The notes beneath the pieces were generated by a model. It saw only the letters and a program-made list of their open reading frames with translations, did not search any database and was not told the DNA's origin. 64,000 bases of DNA, from IMG/VR virus record IMGVR_UViG_3300012953_000015, positions 1-64,000 of that record. One strand, written 5' to 3'. Positions 10,701 through 18,600 of the stretch are shown in pieces; position 1 is the first letter of the stretch, and every line of letters starts with the position of its first letter. Source of the DNA: a virus. The position numbers and the translations under genes were made by a program.

Positions 10701-12572
10701 AAAAAAGGCAGACAAGTTTTAGGAGCTAACATAGTTCATGAATACATTGGAGAAAGATTTATAACGGATAGATTTGACACTGAACTTTCTTCAGAATTAA
10801 CAGGATCGATATTTTCTGAGTTGTATGGTAAAACAGAAGTTGGACCTTTTGTTCCTGATGGAGTATCTTTTACTCCAATTATTTCGGTAACGATGTCTGA
10901 AGCTAGAACGAATGACGTTGGTGGTTCTCCAAAGCGAATGTTTGCTTCAGGTTCCGTTCAAAGGTTCATGAATATCTACAAGGGCGATAAGATAGAAATT
11001 GATAGGATAGAAGGAGAAGAAGAACAAAGCCCGGGCTTCACCAGCTACGATGAAATTTACTACGACTCACTTCCGGTTGATCTGACTTTCTACATCAATG
11101 CGGACATGATCCACATGAGTGGATCCAGGATAGATATCAGTTCTGGGGCTAACTACAATGTAGATTCAAATGTTCCTGATGGCGATATTGATGACACTCC
11201 GGACGATTTTGATCCAGCTAATGTCATTGGTAGAAAATCTAATGAACCTAAAATTCCAGAATATTTTGTTGGAATTGGGGCTTTTAATCCAGAATACGCA
11301 AATATATATTGGGATGGCTCTTCACTCACAGGCTCCATAGTTGACAATTATGTTGGTTTAACTCAACCTAGTTTCGAAAAAGTTTATAGCCAGCGTTTTG
11401 TTAAAAGCTTTTTGTTTCATTCTTCATCTCTTAAGGCTAGCCTCATTCTTCCCGACGGCACATCTCAGTTTGATCCGCAAGACGCCCGACTGATATCGAA
11501 TGATCACACTTTTGGATTAGCTCAGTATCGAAATCAAAAAGGTCTAGATGAGAATGCAAGGTTTGGAATACTCATAAACCCTGACTCACATCAGATGATA
11601 GCCTTCAGCACCACTGCCGGCTCCTACAGTTACCCAGATATGTCAGCAATAGAAACTACAGTACCACAAAGTCCTGGAACTACTGGTGACACCGGCGAAG
11701 CTCAATCTGCCAGTGATGTTGAAATAATTAAGGGCTTTTATTCAGGAGCCTCCGGTTATAAGCAGCTCGGCGTCGCAACCATAGGCGGTGGCCAAATCAT
11801 GGAAATAGATAATGGAGATGGTACTTCAACGCTTAGGTTAAGCAAACACTCACGTTATACACCAACGAGGATGCTAAATGGCGTAGATCAAGTTAATGAT
11901 ACCGAATTAAGAAGAAATGCTGCATTCGTATTTGGGTTTGGAACTAGGTCAGATAGAGGTCACAGATATTTGTATGGAAATGGATTTGTACCTTCTACCA
12001 GCACTGGCGCGCTGGTGACGGGTTACGATGTGAGGGCTTCTACTGATACCAAATATAACAGGACTAAGGATTATCGTTATCACCAGTATGATACTCGGAT
12101 TGTTGTTGATCATCCTGCCGGAGTCAAATACGGAATGATGAATTACGACAAACTCAGGCCATCAGTCAAATTTAGTAGGAATCATTATGGACACTTCAGG
12201 GATTTACTTGAGGGCAGAAAGCTTTCTGCTATTGTGATAAACGAAGTTGAGCAACAAATCGGAAACTATGACAAATCAATGCAGGATCTTTTTGAAGAAA
12301 CTACCGCAGGTTCGCAAATATCTGCAGTTGTAGTTAGATTCGTAGATCGGCTCGGTCGACCCTTAATAGATGGAAACGCTTCTAGGAAGTTCTTAAGATC
12401 GCAAAACCTAGATAAGTTTTCAAGATCAAGCGTTCCATTTTTTGATTTACCGACAAAGCTTGACGGAGTACCTCCAGGAGAATACTCCGGCGGGTACATG
12501 AGAAAAGATCATGAAATGTTTGAAGAAAACGTTGAAATAGATTTAGAAATTCCTGACGATCAATTTTTGTAG
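1737..12572 (+). CDS. Giant virion structural protein (3611 aa) with about three LamG/concanavalin A-like domains; probable baseplate or tail appendage
   Basis: LamG-type signatures: FTISFWIN...GWNHVVVTYDG...IYING...GWLSDVAIWTKAISPAEVLTLY (~5070-6040); MTIIAWVN...EWLQVAISF...FYVNG...FKGSIGDVYVFNRSLSHQQIIDIF (~6330-6930); a weaker copy at ~4110-4670. Ser/Gly/Asn/Thr-rich and located in a structural cluster. Confidence 0.7.
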   Translation: MFDVKKRRIIPDILSEIRTKEGRLDLKSAVMANYRFDNTKNTLIINRSNHSSGTSDLYLFDDLKSKRSFSLDNDNPFTKIGKEQNYFLHQPDGFNSKLLSRYTGKSLSNKHLKGAEAKIEILSGTRASGGGLHKASVEIIGYNQSGNVTKKYYFIENSSFEFSEPVANISIKKGNTPNSITYLSESFSQRLGFTVSLMSGTQGSNDPRYKNFFVNPNSQVTVATARGTGYVGTHHSSYSDGYTVEVPHLPTDTGATLLTRLCGALTGTWGGHASNVTGSFSDAGGEYLLKIKHKKSSFESNSHSEKNRWDTAVSSYGLDNLLVNLSGSLAERKRSQDYIGTTLQKDSVVLSILSASNVLDLGYTSPSFTAEYAGNSWDFYFGYNDHDSSTVGPIISYNSGRPRFIHVAPNIYGSLGSTKLEMKTTHVLSAFQAAANAASNWSDNSSQVVGADALDLTATMAPGGKSVILTKNKKPANTKLTITGDLNQNWENKTLLLTGSNFQIVEFNFTKLTGSIDFLGRARREAQSSQVFSVGIKNDNTGVSYIKDQLIKAINIAHQTTNLNITASSHTSNTLKIQQFDTGEKGNTLVQGSVFASPIVATKLSNFLSGSGDGELIISGSDITDGKFVISSNQSKFNFVDQTVRETGLALREGDWIGDSYLPTGDSRIGGISVRYDLGENELYNVFTNFSKAVNLNESSGYVTASMSESQDNKAKVIVNSVVSPGRSILTLSQSNPGIGSNTTLKMSGSVFLSQLSLDIAIPNLSFTQFEGGISKLGVATLDNKNLNHIDKKTFIFRIKVGTTQGLIFSIAKQDKPRYALFSGAGSNVDLIFRAYTSDPTQYWQCRINTLAGGGTISENQWLTVVISVDENTPGSGIENNYMAILDSTTNGRLLNQKGFTPVNSPLGTVSNFSDTSNYRMFLGFGDSTSAVPSDFFNDSQPQLDLSDFHDDFKISELSILNICLPLELANKFAESYYTGRAKSGFRGKIPKEELDLSQRKSSAEDSIESRPFVDSDQTSPVPVIRDLIYPNMLPAPEVGTLSIKFNREPTDGEYFVIKKPDDSELAIKFGPQNALDVSGTTIVSDIKVALTGSTHPGGILVAPANVATDHIYAWFPLNDQNIVNPYPDASRRLKTSNNRTADPTGGVPTWDSSKNDLPQSPGGAFRSEVSTSRYWLAHNTHNVNDFSFLNNQSFTISFWINIGNPRDASEHNQPYGANDYIYPIYKGNISQLQNVFENTLVDFEYLVRIKPRTGEVLFALYGADSQVIVGGGPAHTSGVVVRSWTSINGASPMQAGWNHVVVTYDGQSRTYTREDNSIGTPFYGYAPDGDQSKRIGKIYINGNQASKHETITLRHNTSPNGTQSYDSNTDWPNEVTFLNISDKTNHKLAIGYGPSFANQGSAGDANFGFYGWLSDVAIWTKAISPAEVLTLYTKANAGYNNYYLGDLSTSSAFKTSLSGTIDYSVDERDSLQASIQFGENTVSDITGKMTGDNTPIFAINSPGTVVGSGGLAEGSTLVPVTSEVILSGSAMRYFDFTTASPKTALFFGKTSHWQPLLNPGSGFGADQNQGEMTIIAWVNVGEPDSTTNPYHIVDFSKEIQFAVLGNNKLYLQLDILTNGGGVAAKGYFCHDIINDNEWLQVAISFKENDLYNADAQVRFPKFYVNGKKLPTVTESPSGAINANQQVEHLNNFDCTIGNDINYARNFKGSIGDVYVFNRSLSHQQIIDIFNNVKESLTKLKNEELVENFVTFINNTNRYSDSLLIASKNETDPHTADLKLDIAGSSKSGFSLNSTPLSVANPLYVILSGSGHLESVYPAHQADPTTHTIQIVSSSFSDKFAGFANADLDNSPPSKRIIVGALGQNKVSSKIACNFNNLNNAYELGEITNDVITLFRNARNNNQAADIWGPLELPENIIDDEIFNNLNVNEIPWPIAEVNPPRYPAISFDISGITYSARFFKSFEEQPKKKSDSNIYNICIDDVTNDVSLAESLKNSIDSFISKYQLGLSTEISDSKIVNISVTDPTIDTSNVDFKGFTTASGLGVDNFVFVTTRFNPTLNPTIAVDSVSAITSEDNNVIKPFIDSADDNNPFLQERGSPKRINQIKIEIPINPSKSTSLGYMTGSGTSNNNLEGFNHEHFKPVGYFNFGNNTWESITTGTGPGASVSKAYPLSYTSNISYTAGSPDTESHYPTRVTGSIQEFIKVMPFAFGPGQGFTIQNSLSSVSGSTLSNTFDHPGIGDLYDIEFNAYARPISTFGFPFDSKFSPTDDQKINMSAYLENDFVLTGFEIVVSSSIEDSVTDGLGYDLSTDFLVSSGSFAFTTGSSYLYGSNVYYNPRPKLINEASGMRKLGLSHPVYGFVSGSKTDPDADMLSEATGSMLGFSLGSPGSGNVSVIRDGSRFDRAMPWWRCDTFFLMREKPFVNETISTNIFVDQLNMKITASHPANSLINPYTHAHREEHWSLFNKVPDEEIFDFSSNINISGGKTQELISYSQVSYYGYVTKEFLSGTTHAGSTYPAQTEQPFDLEKPSSQFDQVTLFNFVGLSADEMADSIDYITSGYEPIDYLEGNNGPSDSTLKKGYSIDQQKYGSFLYRGGCQKSTWLESGLGRDLNIMIGRDFGNEWLSKDQNTGLATSGRASHYKAIDISKLSISSIIFVDTDLYSTNNNLRLSKSFFAGYESELGNESRRINKNGSAQLIDGATDRAALENNQKLYSGILTLRAPIRETPNYQSNFKASLLHADQYTPNYARDNSWLVNMSGSTPNYISLSTNTGHKFANILPSVLYANNNSVFNNGGYTDSNQTFLRNLKVGTFWTGGNDPDGLGSPRRIKHALGGELFNAKVSYVDSRISPVNSGINYLTGNIYPDANAQRSKNLLKSHVHEYRKNYDIKSNYILKKNDNLILGFQVGLPGFSNSHNGLANVGGGNVPSLLRGGSIQTQRNQIPTTRKTNRPPDFFYPRCHQAHFHPYENSKLVLYGYYLKDEKPFVKKGRQVLGANIVHEYIGERFITDRFDTELSSELTGSIFSELYGKTEVGPFVPDGVSFTPIISVTMSEARTNDVGGSPKRMFASGSVQRFMNIYKGDKIEIDRIEGEEEQSPGFTSYDEIYYDSLPVDLTFYINADMIHMSGSRIDISSGANYNVDSNVPDGDIDDTPDDFDPANVIGRKSNEPKIPEYFVGIGAFNPEYANIYWDGSSLTGSIVDNYVGLTQPSFEKVYSQRFVKSFLFHSSSLKASLILPDGTSQFDPQDARLISNDHTFGLAQYRNQKGLDENARFGILINPDSHQMIAFSTTAGSYSYPDMSAIETTVPQSPGTTGDTGEAQSASDVEIIKGFYSGASGYKQLGVATIGGGQIMEIDNGDGTSTLRLSKHSRYTPTRMLNGVDQVNDTELRRNAAFVFGFGTRSDRGHRYLYGNGFVPSTSTGALVTGYDVRASTDTKYNRTKDYRYHQYDTRIVVDHPAGVKYGMMNYDKLRPSVKFSRNHYGHFRDLLEGRKLSAIVINEVEQQIGNYDKSMQDLFEETTAGSQISAVVVRFVDRLGRPLIDGNASRKFLRSQNLDKFSRSSVPFFDLPTKLDGVPPGEYSGGYMRKDHEMFEENVEIDLEIPDDQFL

Positions 12573-12575
12573 TAG

Positions 12576-12589
12576 ATACATAATTATCT
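12576..12589 (+). promoter_or_regulatory. Candidate phage late promoter element ATACATAATTATCT
   Basis: Intergenic, upstream of the 2169-aa gene, with a near-identical copy at 21362-21375. The core ATA(A/T)TTA also occurs at 23891, 46239 and 63521. Confidence 0.45.
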
Positions 12590-12621
12590 CTAGTTCTAGT
12601 TTCAGGAGATTTATTTAATCA

Positions 12622-15600
12622 ATGGCTCAGCAAAATAGAAATACGCTCAGGAAGTTAGATTTTCTTGTTGCTAGAAATAGTAGTGACAACTCTGTTCAAA
12701 AAGTTGTTTCTCCAAAGCATTTTCAAATTGGCCTAGATGATCCAGAGTTTAACAGTTCAACTTTAAAAGTTCACGGTAGGGCTGAAATAAGAACAGGTGC
12801 AACTGTATTACATGGTATTACAGGTTCTATACAGCACCTTCCTGATGGTTCTTCTTATCTTCGTCAAGGTTCAAATATATCGATAGTTTCAGGATCGGAT
12901 GGTTCTATAACAATTGGTGTAGATGGCTTAGATAGCTTAACATCTGGTACAAAAGCAACAGGAACAATCACTGCGATTGAGACATCTAAATCCAACCTAG
13001 ATGGAGATGTTCTTACAATACCAGATAGTCAAAGCAGAACTGTTAATTTTACTTATGAACAGGACGATAGTTCTCCTACAAGAGTCAACGCGACCAGTTA
13101 TAAGATTGCTGCATCTGGAATTAGTAATGTTGATACGCATGCAGCTGCAATCCAAAGTGCTATAGCTTTAGCAAAGGCTAACGGCGATTTAAGCATTACT
13201 TCAACTGTTTCGGGAGCAGTAGTTTCTCTAGTTCAAGATACGCCAGGAACTCCAGGAAATACTACAATTTCCGGAACAGCGGTTTCTCAAAGCGAAGTAA
13301 ATATAAGTCAATTTTCTGGTGGTGCTATTTCCGGTTTAACAAGTAACTCGTTGACTGCTGGTGACGGTTTAGCTTTTAATACAGGGGCCACTTTTAATGG
13401 ATCAGCAGCTGTTACATTAGCCACAGACTTAGCGACAAATTCTGGTTTAGGATTTAGTTCTAATAAACTGACAATTGATATCAATGCTTTGACAGAAGCT
13501 ACTCCAGCAGCCGGAGATTTTTTAATAATAAGAGATGCTAATGATTCTGGCAACTTGAAAAAGATAAATTTTAACACTATAAATTCGAACGCTCAGGCAG
13601 GCGTTACTCTTAATAATGCTTTGACTCCAGGAGATGGTCTATCGTTTGTCTCAGGGCGCGATGGTACTGGTTATAATAATTCAAATGCCGAGCAAATAAA
13701 AATCAATCTAGCAGCTAATTCTGGGCTAGCGATATCAAGCGATAATTTGTCAATAGCTCCTGTAGGGTTAACAAATAAACCATCTCCACATGCGAATGAT
13801 ATTCTAATAATTGCAGATTCTCAATCTAGCAATACTCTTAAAAAAGTTTCTCTTAGCAGTATAAATTCTAGTACTTCTTTAGCTAATTCCTTAGGGCCTG
13901 GTGATGGTTTAGAACTAGCTTCTGGAAATTCTAGTTTTAACAACTCTTCTAATGAGACTATCAAGGTAAAACTAAATGGCAATACTTTAGCGCTAGGATC
14001 ATCCGGGCTCTCTGTTGCTTCAACTCCCGGAAGTTTAACTTCTGGAACAGGAATATCTTCTTTATCGTATAATGGCTCGAGCGGTGTTAGTGTAGCTATT
14101 GACACTAATGTAGTTCCAACTTTCGCGAATGGAGGAACTTTTTCTGGCGGAGTAACATTTTCCGGAAACGTTTATGGTAAGTGGAATAAAATAAACCCTT
14201 CAACAGATTTTTTAGTTGCTGGTACTAATATTTCCTTATCCACAGCAGCTTCAGGGCAAATTACTATAAATTCTAACAATAGCATCGATGTTGGATCTCT
14301 TAGTGGTGCAACTCCTGCTGGAGGAGATTTCTTATTATTAGAACAAGGGGGAACTAATTCTAAAGTTACTGTTGACAGTGTAGTTAATTTAGTTAACAGG
14401 ACTAGCTTGGTAGAGGCCGAAGACGGTATAACAATTACGTTTAATGGATCATCAAACCCGGCAAAAATTAAAGTTAACACCGCCGGTGATACCATCTCTA
14501 ACGGCCCGGGAGGAATACACGTCGCAAAAGTTCCTCAAAGCTTATCAGATGGCCTAGGCATCAAAGATTTCCTTTTTGATGGATCAAATGCGGCTTCTAT
14601 TGTGATAGATAATTCTATAGTAGCTACAGTTTCTGGTTCTATATTTTCAGGAGATGTTGAATTCAATGCAGGTCTTTCTGGATCTTTACAATCTTTGCCT
14701 GATGGAACTCCATATCTTATCGGTGGAACTGGTATACAAGTAACAACTGGTTCTAAAGGGCAAGTTATTATAACCAATTCGGGCGGAGGTAGTTCGTTTA
14801 GAACTGTTGGCATTGACGCTGACGGAAATGGATCAACTGATAACACTTTAGAATCTAGCGAAAACCTAATTTTAAAAGCTGGAACTAACGTAACGCTAGC
14901 AGAATCAGGTGGTGTTGTTACTATAAATTCAGCTGGAGGTGGCACAGTTAGATCTGTCGGGGTCGACACAGATGGCGATGGTTCAACAGATAACAACCTT
15001 GAAGCTGGTGAAGGGTTAGTCTTAAAAGCTGGAACTAACGTAACACTAGCAGAATCAGGTGGTGTTGTTACTATAAATTCAGCTGGAGGAGGTTCTGTTA
15101 GGGCAGTAGGAGTTGATACCGATGGTAATGGTTCAACAGATAATACTTTAGAAACCGGAGAATCTCTTGTTTTGAAAGCCGGTACTAATACATCTTTGGC
15201 AGAATCAGGTGGAGTTGTGACAATAAATTCAACCGGAACTGATACAACATATACCGCCGGCGATGGTTTAGATTTAACGAGCACTACTTTTAGTTTAGAC
15301 TTAAAGTCTTCCGGCGGCTTGGTTATTGATAGCACAGAACTAAAAATTGATAATTCAATTGTTGCAACTTTGACAGGCTCTAATTTCACTGGTAATGTTA
15401 AATTCAATTCAGGTTTATCTGGATCCCTCCAACAGCTAGTTAATGGAACTTCTTATCTCAAAGAAGGATCTAACATATCGATAGTTTCCGGTTCGGATGG
15501 TTCAATAACTATATCTTCTCAAGGCGGAACAATTGGAGACGCAGAAGATGAAGATTATACTGACGGATTATTTACAGATTTCACAACAACGACTCCGGTA

Positions 15601-18600
15601 GGTACACCTATTGATAGGTTCAATGAAATATTAAAACTTTTAGTTCCAGCCCCTGCTCCTGATTTAGATGATATTGATTATAACAATACTTTCGTTTCTA
15701 AAGAACAAGTTGTTCCATCTTCCTTATCTTTTGGCACAAGCAACGATCAAAGCTCTGCAACACCGGCTTACGCGAATGTTGCTGCAACTGCTGGTATAGG
15801 ATCAGCAGTAAATGTAAACGGTGTCTACCAAGTAGCAAATAGTGGAAATAATTTAAGAGCTGCAGTTTTTGATGGTAGCGTAGATATTATAGGAGACTTA
15901 AACGAAGATGTTCCTGCTAACATAACTTCTCCAAGTAGCCAAACGAACTACGTAGCTAACTCGTTTGCTGATGGTAATATTGGAAATTTAGTTTTAGAGT
16001 TAAATGGCGTTGACATATACACGCTTGATTTAACAAACAATTCTATAGGAGCGGGCAACCCGGGTTCCGGAACAGGAAATTATGTTAACTCTTCTGGTGA
16101 TTATGAAGGATCTGGGTTTGTTAATGTTTCAATTGCTAAAGCTGGCACTTTTGATAGTGGCACTACTTTCGATAACTTCAAACATCGCACCGGCCGGTGG
16201 AAGATAGCTTCAACTGGAGCTATTGGACAAAGAAATGGGTGGAATTATGCCAGAGTCAAACATATAAAAGGTGGAGTCACAAAAGTAACAAATTATGTTG
16301 AGTGGGTAAAAGATTCTGATTCTAATGCATTATCTACTTCAGGAAATTCTTTAGGTTTTACAGGTTCCGGGGCTTTACAAATATCTGGGGTTACTTATAA
16401 CACCAGCGGAACTGCACAATATCAAGTCACAGTTTCTAATGCTTATCGATATGTTTATGATACTAGCGATATAACTTTTACAACTTCAGTTTCCGGAGTT
16501 AATTCAGGAGTCAGTTATTCTGTAAGCAACATCACTAAGCCAACAATAGGGGGAGGGGAAAATCATTTAAAGCAAATTTCCGTTAATGAAACAGACAGCA
16601 TTTCAGCTAGCTACATTCTAGGAGGCGGAATAACTACAGGGATAAACGTTTCCCATCCCCTTAAATCAAATTTAGCTAATTCTGGACAATCGACTATAAG
16701 CGGACTACTAATATATAATGTTTCAGAAACTTCTAACGTAACTACAGAGAACTTTCAAAGAGAAGGTTATAGGTTACAAGCAAATAACTACGCTAATCAA
16801 TCAGACATCACTGGAGGAACTCTTAATTGGGATTCTTCTCAAAGTTTAGTCGGAGGATCTAGCACACATAATACAGGGCTTCAAATTTATAGAGAACGTT
16901 TGTATTCTCCTAAAAATACTATCCATTCAGGAGATTTTAGAAATTCTAGTGATGGTGGCTCTTTAACAAATGGACCTTCTGGTAACCCTAATTACTCTGG
17001 CATATCCGGAACAAAGACATTTTATCGGAAGTTTCAAAACACTGGAGCAGCTAAGAGAGATTTTAAGTATGCTATGCAAGGTGACGCATCTCTTGTTGCT
17101 CATGGAGGTACATTAGGATCTAATAAAAATTTCAAGCTTTATTTTAAGATGCCATCAGACGGTTCTGGTAATACTACAGGTTGGCTAGATGCAGCCACTG
17201 CTTTTACTCATGGAAATGTAGCTGACAACGCCGGTGGATCAATTGGGACTGTAGATACTAGCATCCCAATTGCAGCTCCTAATGAAAATAAAGTTTCTTT
17301 CGGCACAGTTGAAATTGGAAATAACGAGTATGTTGTAGCGAGAATAGAAGCTGATGCTGGTTGGACAGGCTACTTAGACAATTTTGTTGTTACTTTTGGA
17401 GCAGTTGGAGCTGTATCAGCTTCGCCGGCTGTTAACGATATTGATTGTAACCAATCGGGCGTTAATGCAAAGTTAAGTTTTGGTGACGACTTAAATAAAT
17501 CAGGTTATACAGACGTTGCTACTGCGGCAGGATTCTCTGCAGTAAATGAAAATGAATTATATTCTAGCTCAGGAGATAGAAAAGCAGTTTTTAATAGGGG
17601 CCAAGTCATTTCAGGAGATATAAATGAAACAACAGCTGCAAGCGGAAACAGCTACCCAGCTAATTCTTTTGGAGGTGGCAATGCCAATAAGGGAACACTT
17701 AAATTAGAGCTAAATGGCGCAGTTATTCATACTACGAACTTGGAGTCTTTTGGTTCTGGAAATGATTTAACCAGTGGTTCAGGTTTTATAAACTTGTCTG
17801 TTGCTACCCCTGGAGAAGACACTAACAACCTTCCAGATTTTACTAAATTCTATAGAACCGGACAATATCAAGTAGCTTCGGGCGCAACACAAAGAAATGG
17901 CTGGAACTACGTAAGAGTTATTCATACGATAGACGGAAGCGATAGCGCTAGTGATTATGTAGAGTGGGTAAATGATGATTCTAATCAAAACATCACATTT
18001 TCTGGCGTAAGCGTTGGTAATTTTGCTTCATCATCCACTTATAAATCATCAGGAATTTCTTACTATATCAACCCAACAGGAAGGTTTGACTACACATCTT
18101 CTAATGTTTATAAATATGTTTACAGTCCAGCAGCCGATGCAATTAGTTACCCTACAACAACTAATTGTACAGTTTCTAGTATCCAAGTTTCAGGAGATGG
18201 AGTGAACAATGGGTCTGTCAGTAGTTCTACTCGTTCTTTGCCTAATTTAGATAATTCAGTTTCTGATTCTTATGATGATGACATTACCGTTCAAGCTACT
18301 TTTAGTTACACCGGTACTTCTATACCGGGAGACTCTGAGCAAACTGTCACTTTAGTTGGAAGAGTGCACCACCCATTAATGTCTCAAGCTGGAAACATAG
18401 ATACGTCTTCAACAACATCCGCTGTTATATTAGCTGCAAACTTTACCGATAACTCGACAGTTTTAATTGAGAGATTTAATGGAGAAAGCAAGAGGCTTAA
18501 AGCTGGTAGCACAAGCTATAATAACCAAGCTAGCGTTTCAGGAGGCAGTAATAATTGGAACAGTGCTACCTCTATGAATGGAGCAGATGCCGCTCACAAC

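Noticed and set aside
14800-15240. Tandem repeats as a possible CRISPR array
   Set aside because: The period is an in-frame 150 bp inside a CDS, with conserved protein sequence throughout and no unique spacers.
14535-15407. 290-aa minus-strand ORF and the other minus-strand ORFs in the track
   Set aside because: Nearly all lie antisense within long plus-strand genes and mirror their codon bias or repeats. They show no independent SD or protein motif.
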